Assembly: GCA_965644265.1 (NCBI GenBank)
Contig: OZ286465.1
Coordinates: forward strand, 70,866,001-70,930,000
Direction of reading: 5' to 3'
Origin: Glycera tridactyla
Lineage: Eukaryota
Length of the DNA: 64,000 nucleotides
In this document: in pieces, positions 36,480 through 49,930 of the stretch
How the letters are laid out: each line of letters opens with the position of its first letter
Numbering within the stretch: the first letter of the stretch is position 1
Made by a program: the position numbers and the translations under genes
The notes under the pieces: model-generated
Database searches by the model: none
Seen by the model: the letters and a program-made list of their open reading frames with translations, nothing else
What the model was told of the DNA's origin: nothing

Positions 36480-37678
36480 CGATAATTACTCTATCTCAGT
36501 GATACCACTTTTCTATGAAGTCTGCAGCAACACAGAAACCACTCATTCCAAATTTGAGTGGACACAGGTATTTTTGTGAAATGGCACCTACTGCCTGATG
36601 ACATAGACTCACACTGCAATGCAATCACCCCAGAGTGGCATCAGAGCACCCATCAAGCCACTATTTGTGTTTCATCTCTGTCGGATTCTCCAGCAGAGCT
36701 GCAGGAAATTATGGTATTTATAAATAGATGTTGGCCGATAAGCATGTACAGCATCTCTTCAGGTTCATCCACCATTTCCCCACTAATTCCAGGGCTCTAC
36801 ATTGCTACCTGACTTCAATGACCATGAAGACGGGGGGAGGTCTCTACGATACATCTACAGGGCATGACAGCGTGTTGAAAACCGAATTTTCACCAGACCA
36901 ATAAACACGGACAGAGGTGCGAAAATATCTCACCATCCTGTGAGGAACCTGATGTAGGGGCCTGGGCAAGAAGACATCAGAACAATCAACATGCCCACCT
37001 GGAAAATCAACCTGCCCTGCTGTCAGTTATGATGAATTTCTGCCTGCCTTCAAGAAAAATCTACCTGCCCTGGGCAGGTGGGCAGATATCTTTCCTCGCC
37101 CTGATCTGAGGGAATACAAAGATCAAAATCCTAAAACTTGATCATTATTTCGTGTAGCACTACATATCCAATTAACTGACACAGGGCATCGCAATGAAGG
37201 ACATGTTATCAATGTTGAGATCATTGGTAGCCCACGATGCGCTTCATCAATTCGGTGATAACAAAGCCGCTCTTTGGCCAAACATGGAGTCATAAACATA
37301 ACTTGTAATTACATGTATTGATTACATTCCATTTCCCAGGAGGGCACAGATTGCTGGGGCTGATGAACCAAATGGTAACCACTGATGACACATGCGAATA
37401 TTTAACACGTAAATTGCTTACCAAACATAAACACGCCATTCATCCATCAGATCAAATCAAATCTACACGCTTTGTTTCGACTGGCACTGCCTCCCTTGAA
37501 ATAAATGTGATTGCCAATCATTGTTCCTAGTTTCCATCAAACTACAGAAACCATAAACTGACATATTGACCCCTCTGATTCGATAGCTAAATGGCAATCA
37601 TGAGCGTGATATGAGAAATACTGTAAAAAAGGAATATCTCTCTCCCTCATTCCTTGTGCGCCATTGGTGTTGGGAATA

Positions 37679-37830
37679 CAGTGAAACCTATGTCAAGAGA
37701 CAACTTGATTGTCAGAGAAAGGTGGTTGTTGAAAAAAGGTGGTCTGTTATTATAGGTAAATTTTGACACGTCAAAAACGAGAGTTCACTCTGATAAAGCA
37801 GTCTCCTGTCGGTGGTTACTTCATCATCAA
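37679..37830. mobile_element. Degenerate A-family MITE (left end clear)
   Basis: TA-CAGTGAAACCTATGTCAAGAGAC followed by GGTGGT repeats. Confidence 0.5.
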
Positions 37831-38243
37831 ATGCTGAACTCAATGATTCCCCTTGACTCACATGTGTGTGCACACGTGTGTGTGGGGGGGGGGGGGGGGG
37901 GCCGTCCACGCACATGAATTGTCAATGCAAAAACATTATATACCAAAGTTCACAGAGACGATTCCTCTTCCTGAGATGATCAGGCAATGCGACAGGAGGT
38001 AGACCCTCTCAGTAAGCATTCTGCAAGTAGGTTAAGATGCTTATGGCAGCCATTCAAATATGTGTGCACCCGGGGCAAAGTTTCCTATGATCAGTGACAG
38101 GAATCCTCTTCTCTGACACTTGCATATGCTTGCATGCACTTCATGATATGATGATCATGATGTGAGTAGATTGTCAAGCACCGCTACCAACAATGTGTGA
38201 ACTGATAATAAGATTACTATAGACTGTATCATAAATGCAACTA

Positions 38244-38436
38244 CCGTATATTACCGTATACACGCGCATCCCCAATTAGACGCGCACCCCTGTTTCTCTG
38301 AACAGAAATCTCAACTCACTAGTATCTTATGCTTTCTGAAGTAGTTCTCCCAGCCCCATTATGTCAAATTTCTTTGATCCGAATACATGCGCACCCCATA
38401 CGTTCTTGCACTGCGCGTGTATTCGGCAATATACGG
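38244..38436. mobile_element. CCGTA-TIR MITE, second copy
   Basis: TA-CCGTATATTACCGTATACACGCGCA ... TGCGCGTGTATTCGGCAATATACGG-TA. Confidence 0.85.
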
Positions 38437-38701
38437 TATCAAATAAACTGTCTTGATATCTTCAAATGGGGTTTCATATAACTGCACTGGTAAAGACTGT
38501 ATACTTGTGCCAACACGTACAGTGCGCTTTACCCTGAGCTTCAATCTGAAAATGGAGAGAACACAGGGCGTACAATGTCGTGAAGGTGCCCCTATTGCTA
38601 TTTTGTGCATCATCGAAAAGTATGTATCAAATCAGTTTGAATGAATAACAGAATAATCATTCAAAGGTCCCAATCAAATCACATGGCAATTAATGGTGCT
38701 A

Positions 38702-39156
38702 CAGTGAAACTTTTACCACAGACCACCATAAATGTCACCAAAAAGTCAGGTCCCTGTCAGAGGTACAATGAAACCTGTCTTGGGAGACCCCTCTTTTGGG
38801 AGACCACCCTCTAATGGGAGACCGCTCTTTATCGGCTCTTCTTCATTTGACATAGTCAAATATACCTCCAATGAGACCACCTGCCTTGAGAGACCACTTT
38901 TCTTTGGCGTTTGGGGCGGTCTCCCAAGACAGGTTTCACTGTACACAGTAAACCTGCGATGAGACCCCTGACAAGAGACCACTTTTCCTGGGCCGCATTT
39001 TCATTTGTCTATAAATCTCACGAGACCACCTCTTTTTAGTGATATTTAGGGTAGTCTCCCATCACATCTTTCACTGTATTTGACTATGTCGATAAGGAAA
39101 CTGCCTTAAGGAAGCGGTCTCCTATTGAAGGTGGTCTCTCATTGCAGAATTTACTG
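38702..39156. mobile_element. A1 MITE split by two nested A1 MITEs (38766-38941 and 38946-39076)
   Basis: The outer halves ...GTCAGAGG-TA | TA-TTTGACTATGTC... rejoin into an A1 consensus; each inner copy has its own TIR pair. Confidence 0.85.
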
Positions 39157-39618
39157 TATGATATTGATTTCTACTGCAAATGAATTTATCATGGTTATGG
39201 TGAGAATGCTGATATTTGTCAGAAATCTTCCATATGGGTATAGCAGATACTTTATTTGTGGTTATATCTATATATATATCTATATATATATATGTATTTG
39301 GTCTTCAGACTTGACGAATGACTATCTATCTAAAAGACATATATTATATTTCCTGTGAGGCTAGGAATGGCATTTCTTAGGGATTAAGGATGACCTGAGA
39401 CAAAACAATTTCCAGGCCATATTTAAACCTCTTCCATCATAGTCATAGGAATGTCCATGACTACCAACAAAAACAGTGAGAGGATAGCATTAGCTGAATT
39501 TGTTAGTGATGGATAGGAGATAGACCATGAGTGATGAAGCACGATGACAGAAACAATCAACGGAAACAGAAATAAACTACAGGATCTCGAACAGATGCAT
39601 TCATGCATAGATTATACA

Positions 39619-39666
39619 TGCACACACACACACACACACACACACATGCACGCACGCACGCACAAG
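39619..39666. repeat. (CA)n/(CACG)n microsatellite at a gap edge
   Basis: Visible dinucleotide and tetranucleotide run. Confidence 0.9.
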
Positions 39667-39880
39667 NNNNNNNNNNNNNNNNNNNNNNNNNNNNNNNNNN
39701 NNNNNNNNNNNNNNNNNNNNNNNNNNNNNNNNNNNNNNNNNNNNNNNNNNNNNNNNNNNNNNNNNNNNNNNNNNNNNNNNNNNNNNNNNNNNNNNNNNNN
39801 NNNNNNNNNNNNNNNNNNNNNNNNNNNNNNNNNNNNNNNNNNNNNNNNNNNNNNNNNNNNNNNNNNNNNNNNNNNNNNNC
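39667..39880. other. Assembly gap (N-run)
   Basis: Run of N. Confidence 1.
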
Positions 39881-41787
39881 CAAATTCACCCTCTGGCTGA
39901 CATTCAAAGTCAGTAGCCAACAGCACTCATCATTTTGAGAGAATGTGATTGGTTATCAGAACAATAAACTTGGGCGCCTAATGGCTCCTGAATTTTCGGG
40001 CCAACATACAGCCCTGCATATGTGCACGCATGCAATCGAGGATCCCAATCCAGATCCTCATGTTCCTATAAGATAGGAGAAAGAGGCAACATTTTCAAGC
40101 AAATTACTACTAGTTACAACAATTGTGCCTGGAGGAGATGTACTTGGAGACTTATCTGTAACTATGGCAACATGAGATGATGACACTAGAGACTCAAGTA
40201 CTCACCTGGAAAAAGAGGAACAGAACAAATTACATCAGAATTTCAAGTTGGTTGAATGAGGTTCAACCGATCCATCAACCCCTAATAGGATGATGTATGC
40301 CAGTGTGTGCCAGACCTATAGATATGGGCTGGCTGCACTGTCTCCTGCAAGCATCTCTCCCACTGATCATGTTGGCTGGGAGCTACAAAGGTAGTAAGTA
40401 AAGTAAAGTGGAAGAAACTAGCAGTTCAGACACACCTCTATCTACATAAAATAGTACAGACAAACCGATGAATGGCATATATGACTCTACAATCCATGTT
40501 AAAACATTGCTACTGCACAAAGCACAATATTGTAATTGCAAGAAACGGAATAGATCAACTGCATCAGAATGGCTAGAAGGGTAAGAAGAAGTCTATTGTA
40601 AAACGACTCATCCATGACTTTTCTTTCATCAGTTAGTGGAAAATGATCTTAGGAAATAATAGGTCTCACAAAGCTATATCTGAGTCAAATGGTGAGACCA
40701 TAAAGTGTTCTCTCAGAATAGGTGAAGGTGTGGATTCCTCCTCACATTTCCACTGTTTGACATGCTGATTGCACAGGTCTTATCTGAAGAAGCTGTACAG
40801 CCACAAGACAAATGGCACACCACATACAACATCCTACTAATAACAAACCATCGCCACTGAATAGAAGATATATTAATCATCCATAGCATGCAATATTCTC
40901 TCAAGATGAGATGATCAAGATTCTTTTCCAGATGGCCCTGATGGTTCTTCGATGCTACAACGTTTGAGGGTTCATCAGTACATGGTACCCCTAATATACG
41001 ATCAGGTTCTTTGGGACCTAATTCTTTTGAATTGCACTGAAGGTTCATGGATGATATGATATTTGAGAGTTCATCAGTACAAGGTACCACAAATACGGTG
41101 TCAGATTCCTTGGGACCTTGTAAGCGCCATCAGAAGTTATCAAGTAATTGAAAATGGCACATGGTCAGCAAATGACATAGGAATGCTGTAGAGATGAAAT
41201 TGTGAAATGGGTCTTGGATGGAGGGAGCTTCTTCACTTTGGACATAAATCTCTGATGAGAGAAGCCATTGTAGTGGCGAATGTCGCCATCGTTGACGTCG
41301 TTCTCGTCACAAATCAGCAAGAAACCAGACAACACTCGCACATCACTGCTCAGCCCAGTTTTGTAGTAAATTCAGTTAGCTGCTTCCCCCATTAACACTG
41401 AAATGAGATTATTCTCACTCTGGCTAATATCATCCTGAATTAAATGCTTACCCTTCATCATACTCACTCTGAAATTATGAGATAATTGGGCAAGTGACAA
41501 AACCGTGTGATTGCCCAACAACCAAAACCCTGACAACCTGACTGGAGGCACTTTTCATTAAGTTTTTTGGGACCAAGAAACCCCATTAACTGCTAACTTA
41601 AGCCTAGCGTAACTCCATACATGCTCTTTTTTGTCATATGCATGACTTGCTGCACTTCTAAACAAAAACATGGAAATCTGAGGATTCCCTGAGTTTTCCT
41701 CTCCTGCCTAAACAAACCAATATCAGTTTTGGTGACTCAAGACAATTACTGAGATTGCCAGTCAGTGAATGTAAGTAAGCTCCTGAG

Positions 41788-41964
41788 TAGTCAAACTTGC
41801 TCGAGAGACAACCTCTCTATAAAGGCCACCTGCCTACAATGGCCATTCTTGGCTGCAACCACGATAGCCTTTTCAACAGAAAATGAACTCTCTATAGAGG
41901 TCAAATGCCTATAAAGGCCAATTTTCCACCCAATCGAAGGTGACCTTTATAGACAGGTTCCACT
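41788..41964. mobile_element. A2-type MITE, diverged
   Basis: TAGTCAAACTTG ... TATAAAGGCCACC ... TTTATAGACAGGTTCCACTA. Confidence 0.65.
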
Positions 41965-42498
41965 ACATGTCATATTTTGCAGATCTGAGTGGTCTGAATG
42001 ATCTCCAGCAAGCATCATTTCCGCAGGCTCTGAACAAAAGATGCTGCGTGGACAGAAAGATTGTCAAGCAAATGTAGCACAAATAAAAAAGGTTGGTTGA
42101 TTGGAGTACTATATCAAGATGATGCTCATGCACATAAGCAGCATGACATGATGATGGAGAGATGCCTAACAACAGAGAAGAATGCAGGGGTCAGCATCCT
42201 TCTGTTGCATCGTCGCCATTACATGATGGCATAAAATCGATTCAATTTGAAGTTTTCCACAAATTAGATAATCGAAGGCCAGGCAGCTCAAGATGATAGA
42301 CAGAGGAAGATATAATTCAGTGGTAATCATAGAATGGATGCCAACACAATTGTGTTTTCTGCGTCTAATGCGAGCTCATGCTTCGCCATCAATAATGTAG
42401 ACTTCATCTAGTCGGGATAACCACCAGTGGAGAGCAACAACACCGCTTCACTCTTTCACACTTGAATATGCCAACTTTCAAAGCATGTGTATGTAGTA

Positions 42499-42680
42499 AA
42501 GTGAGACTTGCAACAAGAGGTGATCTCTTGCTTATTGCAGGTAATTTCTACCATTTAGGCCGGTGGCAGGTCATGTTAGAGAGGTGATCACTTGTCACAG
42601 GTCATTTGAGAAGTATTCGGTATTTTGGCAAACAAAAGTGATCGTTCAAGAGAGGTGATCGCTCATGACAGGTTTCACTG
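42499..42680. mobile_element. A-family MITE variant with GAGGTGATC repeats
   Basis: Right TIR GACAGGTTTCACTG-TA; decayed left end AAGTGAGACTTG. Confidence 0.6.
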
Positions 42681-42707
42681 TATTTCTTATCCATATCAGA
42701 CAAACAT

Positions 42708-42795
42708 CAGTGAAATCCTGTGCTAAATGAAATCCTGTCTTGAGTGAAAAAAAATATTTGGTCCCGTGACTTTTCACTTAAGACAGGTTTTACTG
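42708..42795. mobile_element. A3 MITE right half
   Basis: GAAATCCTGTC ... GGTCCCGTGACTTTTCACTTAAGACAGGTTTTACTG-TA. Confidence 0.75.
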
Positions 42796-43069
42796 TACCT
42801 ATAACCTGACATTTGATTCAGATGGCTAGGTCATAGTCAGAATTAGGCCAGTGAAGCTAAGCTCAATGGTATTACACTGTACATCACTGATGTTTGTTTT
42901 CACTTTCATTGCACGCCTGAAACCAGTCATTACTTTTTTTTGAGTAGACGTGCACCACTTTTACTCTCTTTAAATTACTATAAAGTTGCACCAGCTTCAA
43001 AAGCCATCACTGCATAGTCAACAGCCTACAAAGAACTGAAAAGATGACTGCATTATCCTTTCATCATTT

Positions 43070-43370
43070 CCTTGTCTACAAAGACCACCTGTCTACATAA
43101 GACTAGTTCTTATTGTGATTGAGGATGGTCTTTGTGAACAGGTTTGACAACTACAATAGCAGACCCTGTCCTCTAATGATGCATGTATATTCACCACTAA
43201 GGCCACTTCTATGAAGAGAGACATGCAACCATAGACCATACTAAACAAACCCAAAAGGCAGTTTCTGTAGGAGTCCACCATTATCAGTGGTATATTTGAC
43301 AATGTCAAACAGGAAAGCTGCCAGGGAAGCAGCCTCATATGAGAGGTGGTCTTTCTTCACAGGTTTCAAA
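43070..43370. mobile_element. Cluster of degenerate A1/A2 MITE fragments
   Basis: AAAGACCACCTGTC, GAACAGGTTTGAC, GGTATATTTGACAATGTC and CACAGGTTTC pieces. Confidence 0.55.
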
Positions 43371-45259
43371 AGTAGGAGTATGATTAACACTTGTGAATGT
43401 TAAACAGACAATCATCAACATGACAACCAAAATGACAACTTGAGTCTCTGTGAATTTCATACCTTCCAGGACCCATCTTGAATAATATCTCCCATGCTCA
43501 TTGTATGGGCGTCACAAATGGCGCTGATATGACGTTAAACCAGAACCAACCCACATCATCTACCTGGCACCTCGGCTCATCCAACCCTGAATTATATACA
43601 GTGTCCCAGTTGAGTGAACTAAGCTACTGCAAGCAATCAATAAATCAATATGGCAATCAACCACTAATAACATTATCTATCACCGTCAATTTTTAATCCG
43701 TATCTGGCTCACCACAGCCCCACATTAGCTAATGGTACATGACGGATTGCTAGGATGATCGACAGCTAGGTGAAAATGAGGAAATATGAAGCTGCTTGTG
43801 CTTGTGCTAGCCAAGGCCAATACTTCTTACTACGTACCAAATGACCTCAATAAATTGCTCAAACTTTGCATTAAGACAATCTATATGGCATGGACGTCAC
43901 TGGCTCAGCTTGAAATTTTCCATTAACTTTCTGAATCATGCACAAAAACCGCCAACTATAGGTGACAACCGAGATGGCAGACAAGTCAGCCCATCCTCAT
44001 ACCATCTCCCCTAATTACATCATCTTACGTCACATTTGCTGTTGATACCTGCAAATCCACGGATGCCAGAACAATCACATACATGGTATATGAGTACATG
44101 AAGTAGTGTTCAATGTTGATTGAAATGTCTTTATTTGATTTTATCAGTGGTTAATATCAGAGCTGCATCATGGATTTAATTATCTAAAGTAAGCTTGGCC
44201 ACTATCCACAATAAAAGGCAAGACTAAATAGGCAAGCTGACTTCTGATAACACAGTCAGTTACAGGAAAATGCCGGAGTAGAGGGGGTGAGTGAGACAAT
44301 TGTCCCACATAAATGTGCTTGAGGTGAGCAAGTGTATCAAGCCACAACATAACATTACATGGGGCATAGTTTTCAGCCAAGGGTAGAATTGTCTTAGTAC
44401 AATTGAAACTCAAGGCTAAGATTGAATGTTTTAGTGCAAGTACCATGGAACACCTCTCTCCAAGATGTATTGGTACCCATTTTCAACCAGGATAATGACC
44501 CCCGACCTTGACAATGACCTTGATGATGACCCCCCACCTCAATGGAACAATCGGTGGTGCAACCACCTGTGATGTCATAGCTGCCAACATGGCATCACAA
44601 TATCATCAACTGCTAGGAGGCAAACATGCGTTTATTCATATCATCATGGTGTTAATGAATGGGTTACCCAGGTGCTGCTGGTAGCATGAAATTCATTTTC
44701 ATGGAGCTGTTGCATTGAACAGACATGTGTACCAAAGAGACTGTTCTCATTCCCATATGTTTTTTGTGACAAAAGGCCTGCTAAAAAAGCAACAAAAAAT
44801 GTACTAATGATAGAGATGGTGTTTCACTCCAAGTTCATGTTGCCATCATAGTATTGTCTGAAGACGATAAATTGATCATTTTTCTTATGATCTGAGTTTT
44901 GATGGCACAAATGTATTGTGTGGGTCTTCTCGCGATTGTCGAACCTGGTTCCGGATAATTTGTGTGCTTTTGAACGAGATTACACCATCATTTAATAGAA
45001 TTTATTCAGCATCATTGGTGAATATCTATAAGTGAAACAGCAAGGATATGGTCGCTGCACAAGCAGGGAAACTACAGTGAAATTGACAACAAGATTACAT
45101 TACTAGTCATCGGAGATGTCAACAATGTCTGTGTGTGAGTCTCATTTCTATCCGATGCGAATTCGCGATGCTATGGCGAAAAACATACCTGCCACAATTG
45201 AACTTGACAGACAGATAATATTTATGTTTGACTACTGACTCATATTCCAGTCTCATTCA

Positions 45260-45407
45260 CAGTTGAACCTGTCTATTCCTTTGGTCACATCAAGAACTGG
45301 CCTCTATAAAGTGGTATTTCACAGTCAAAAATACAATAATGGTCACAACTCAGTGTGGCCTTTGCAGGCAGGTGGCCTCTATATAGAGGTGGTCTCATAT
45401 TTGACTG
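45260..45407. mobile_element. A2 MITE, diverged
   Basis: CAGTTGAACCTGTCTAT ... TTTGACTG-TA. Confidence 0.7.
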
Positions 45408-46399
45408 TAATCCTGCATGGGTTGAAGAGATGTTATGCAATCCTCAATCAATCAATCAATCAATCAGGACAATCATTTACAGTAACCCTGTCTTCATTGA
45501 TTGAGGCATCAAAAAGTAACTTTCTTCTATGCATATACTTCATTAGGAGCTCATGTCAAGGTTGGGTACTACGCAATCCTTCAGAAAACAACGACCGGTA
45601 ACTAATACTGATTAGTGAAGCCATATTTCGACATTGGCATCAAATGAGGAAGGGCGGACTGCCACTTCTGCCAATCTGATGACCAAGAGAAGGTAGGATT
45701 GGCCGCGGCGGCGTAAGTGAAGTGATGTCTGGAGAGGGTCACAAGTTACGATCAGAGCGTGATTAGCGGTCGTGTCCGGCAGAATGAGTAGGACCGAGAA
45801 GGACGCGGAAAGGACCGAGAAGGACAGGCATATTCATTATGATGACAAGTGTCTCATTATTATGACGAGTGTCCATGCCGCCCAAAGATGACACAAACTT
45901 CTTCATCATCTCGCAAATGCAAATGTCAGAACAAGTAAATGCCCGCTACCTACGAAATTTCTCCTGAGACATATCTCTAATATCTTTTCTGGAGCACATA
46001 CATCATCACTCTTCCTGTGAGGTTTAGTTGTAGCTTTCTTGTGGTTAGTCCAATAATTGGAAGAAATGAACCAACTGACCAACTTGAGATCAATTACAGA
46101 TATCGATAGTGGATGTGATCAGAATCTCCATTAACAAATTTTAATAATAAGTACAGCTGATCCAATTCTAAGAACCCAAGTTTAGAGAGAGCAAAAACTG
46201 TCTGACTATTTAGGAACAAAACATCAATTGGAAATGTCTGTAATGGGTGCTTAGGATAGATTCAACTGTGTTCAGAACAATTTTTGAGTGACTTGTTTGT
46301 TGAGTTCCTCAATTGCATGAGAAGTTTTGAGAAGGGCCTGTTTGGCCATTCTGCATGAAAAATAGGGGTAGACAGGATCAAATTAGTGAGAACTCAAGC

Positions 46400-47100
46400 A
46401 GGAAATCCCGATGTAATCTATCATGTACGAAGGCATCAACCTGTTGTAAACATGTATGTTTGTGTTTCCACTTGGCAGGATGGTCAGACCTATATGAGAA
46501 GATCTTGTCCCCCACAAACTGCAAAATGGAGTCAACATGGATCTGCATGTGTCAAATGGCACAAACCCATCCCAGATGAATCTCGGAATAGCACCACAGC
46601 CCGACAGCTATACCATTTCAACTATGATGTTGATTGATCTTTGGTTGGCCAGGCTCAGTCGATACTGGAAATATGATGTATATTTTTCAATGATAGGCAT
46701 TTGTCAAGCTTTGTCTGATTTTTACTGGTGCTGGAAGCTATCGATTAATGTGACAGTCTGCTGAAAAAATGTGAAGACCCAGCCTTCATAGCTATCATAA
46801 ACACGATCTAGTTGGAGATCTGCTGACAGGCCAGTCAAAACTCATTGCAGTGATCTAGATAATGTGCCATTCATCACAATATTCAAAATAGATGTGACTC
46901 AATATTTCCTGATGTTTCCAGACTACTATACTGGCTTTCATCTGGCAAAGCTGGGAGAGATGCTACCAAGCAGTCATCACGAGAAAGAACCTGTGAAGAG
47001 AGACCTTCTGACAGGAGAATGCCTTTTTTGAGGAACCCCTTTTTGGAAGCAGCTTTTTGAAGGATGATATAACCCATTTTTTGATAATCAATAAAAAGTC
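46400..47100 (+). pseudogene. Decayed Gypsy pol remnant (integrase region)
   Basis: Broken frames give AGWS, DLHVSNG, FYW, KKCE, DRP..K.IA.DL, YFLMFPDYYTGF..AKL, AVITRK and SD..., in the order of the Gypsy GWP / DEL.V.DG / YWP / C..C / RPW.K.A.DLF / VDYYS / VI.KLK / SDNG motifs. Confidence 0.4.
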
Positions 47101-47964
47101 ACTCTTTGATTGTCGATGGAGCCACTCAACTGTCTGGGGACCACCTATTTGTAAAACCAGTTTTTGTTGTTGTTTTGGATGGCCCCTAGTCACATGTTAC
47201 ACTGAATAGGGAAGCTTGAGCACTCAATTATGAGAGGAAGCAATATAAAGGATATGAATTGTCAATGTCATTTGAAAATCCAATCAGGTATTAAAGCTAT
47301 TTCTTTCATTCTAAAAATCTATTTCAATGGACATCTCCGTTCATCCCAAACTTTATAAATGAATCAAACTATTTTTACTTCAAAGGCTATCTCTAGTTAT
47401 TCCAAAATCCATATATTAATCAGATTGTCTTTTGCTCAAACAAAAACACTTCAATCTCATAGCAGGGAATTCCTGTTGAAGGGAAGGAAGTGCATGGTTC
47501 TCTCAGGCACATTGATGCAGTTTCCATCGGCCATGTAATCTTATCAACGCATGCTGAATTGTACCTTCCTTTTGCCAACTTTTCAAGCCTTTTAGCGCAA
47601 GGCAAAAAGTCTAGATGTCACTGCATGACTTTCCAGGAAAGACTCCCACGTACAGTACTTTTGTCTTTTATGAAAATAGGATAAATCGTATAAATATACA
47701 CAGCAAGACAATCTCAATAGTGCAAAAAGTATATATTCAGATCAGTGTCTTAACATATTAATTTCCTGGTAGAAAATTCCATGCGGCTCAACAGGTTGAC
47801 ATCCCACCCATAAATCAAGCAATACCGGTGTCTACATATGATATAGGGTGTATTAGTCCTTCGCACAAGTGCGGAAGATCCATTTGAACCGAAATCTTAA
47901 GACCTGCATGGGTCATCGAAAGATGAGAATAGTGCTGACAACCAATGAACTCACCATCAAAAAT

Positions 47965-49706
47965 ACGCTGAATGTTTCGTGATGTGTGGCCATTGAATGT
48001 TTCGTGGTGTGTGGCTGCTGAATATTTCATAATGTGTGGACGCTGAATATTTCATTATGCGCTGAATGTTACATGATATGCTGAATGTTTCATGATGCGC
48101 TACCGCTGAATGTTTCATGACGTGCGACCGCTGAATATTTCATGATGTGCTGAATGTTTCATGATGTGCGACTGCTGAATGTTTCATGATGTGTGGCCTC
48201 TGAATGTTTCATGATGTGTGGCCTCTGAATGTTTCATGATGTGTGACTGCTGAATGTTTCATGATGTGCGACCACAGGATGTTTCATGATGTGCGACCAC
48301 TGAATGTTTCATGATGTGTGGCCTCTGAATGTTTCATGATGTGTGGCCGCTGAATGTTTCATGATGTGTGGCCTCTGAATGTTTCATGATGTGCGACCGC
48401 TGAATGTTTCATGATGTGTGGCCGCTGAATGTTTCATGATGTGTGGCCACTGAATATTTCATGATGTGTGGCCGCTGAATGTTTCATGATATGCTGAATG
48501 TTTCAAGATGTGCGGCTGCTGAATGTTTCATGATGTGCGACCACTGGATGTTTCATGATGTGCGACCACTGAATGTTTCATGATGTGTGGCCTCTGAATG
48601 TTTCATGATGTGTGGCCGCTGAATGTTTCATGATGTGTGGCCTCTGAATGTTTCATGATGTGCGACCGCTGAATGTTTCATGATGTGTGGCCGCTGAATG
48701 TTTCATGATGTGTGGCCTCTGAATGTTTCATGATGTGTGGCCACTGAATATTTCATGATGTGTGGCCGCTGAATGTTTCATGATGTGTGGCAGTTGAATG
48801 TTTCATGATGTGTGGCAGTTGAATGTTTCATGATGTGTGGCCGCTGAATGTTTCATGATGTGTGGCAGTTGATGTTTCATGATGTGTGGCAGTTGAATGT
48901 TTCATGATGTGTGGCAGTTGAATGTTTCATGATGTGCGACCACTGAATGTTCCATGATGTGCGACCACTGAATGTTCCATGATGTGTGGCCACTGGATGT
49001 TTCATGATGTGTGGCCTCTGAATGTTTCATGATGTGCGGCCTCTGAATGTTTCATGATGTGTGACTGCTGAATGTTTCATGATGTGCGACCACTGAATGT
49101 TTCATGATGTGTGGCCTCTTGAATGTCTCATGATGTGCAACCAATGAATGTTTCATGATGTGCGACCGCTGAATGTTTCATGATGTGTTCAAAGTTTCAT
49201 GATGTGCAGCCACTGAATGTTCCATATGCGCTGTCATTGAATGTTCCATGATGTGCAACCGCTGAATGTTCCATAATGTGCGGCCACTGAATGTTCCATG
49301 ATGTGCGACCGCTGAATGTTTCATGATGTGCGGCCTCTGAATGTTTCATGATGTGTGACTGCTGAATGTTTCATGATGTGCGACCACTGAATGTTTCATG
49401 ATGTGTGGCCTCTTGAATGTCTCATGATGTGCAACCAATGAATGTTTCATGATGTGCGACCGCTGAATGTTTCATGATGTGTTCAAAATTTCATGATGTG
49501 CAGCCACTGAATGTTCCATATGCGCTGTCATTGAATGTTCCATGATGTGCGACCACTGAATGTTCCATGATGTGCGACCGCTGAATGTTCCATGATGTGC
49601 GACCGCTGAATGTTTCATGATGTGCGACCGCTGTATGTTTCATGATGTGCGACCGCTGAATGTTTCATGATGTGCGGCCTCTGAATGTTTCATGATGTGC
49701 AGCCGC
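47965..49706. repeat. 25-bp minisatellite (CTGAATGTTTCATGATGTGYGRCCN), roughly 70 units
   Basis: GTTTCATGAT recurs every 25 bp (for example 48181, 48206, 48231). Confidence 0.97.
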
Positions 49707-49930
49707 ACAGCAATGATTATTTATTGAGTTGACATGGCACTGATCAGAGAATCAATCACAAAGCTAAATCAACGTGACCATCTCTCAACATTCATCATGA
49801 TGCATACCCAATGCATGTGAGAGTGAGTGCTTCTCTTCCCTTGCCTCAACCACCACCAACTTCCCGTACTCATGCCATTCAACTTGTCCCATGCCCTGGT
49901 TGGTTGTTCCAGTGGGCCACTGTTCAAAAG

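Noticed and set aside
9234-37902. Poly-G runs at ~9234, ~27107 and ~37885
   Set aside because: Simple homopolymers of uncertain length; no evidence of function.
13073-39938. Long ORFs in the track that span N-runs (for example 35062-36213, 25057-26028, 13073-13561)
   Set aside because: They are artefacts of translating gaps as X.
32880-40540. Similar ~200-bp segments at ~32900-33110 and ~40340-40540
   Set aside because: An old dispersed repeat without definable ends; not classifiable.
44480-44690. Acidic ORF piece (DLDNDLDDDP...CDVIAANMASQY) resembling a PIF/Harbinger transposase C-terminus
   Set aside because: There is no recognisable upstream DDE motif or TIR, and the similarity is too short.
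29335-49706. Regular short repeats (73-bp and 25-bp arrays) as possible CRISPR arrays
   Set aside because: The units are contiguous with no unique spacers, there are no cas genes, and the context is eukaryotic.
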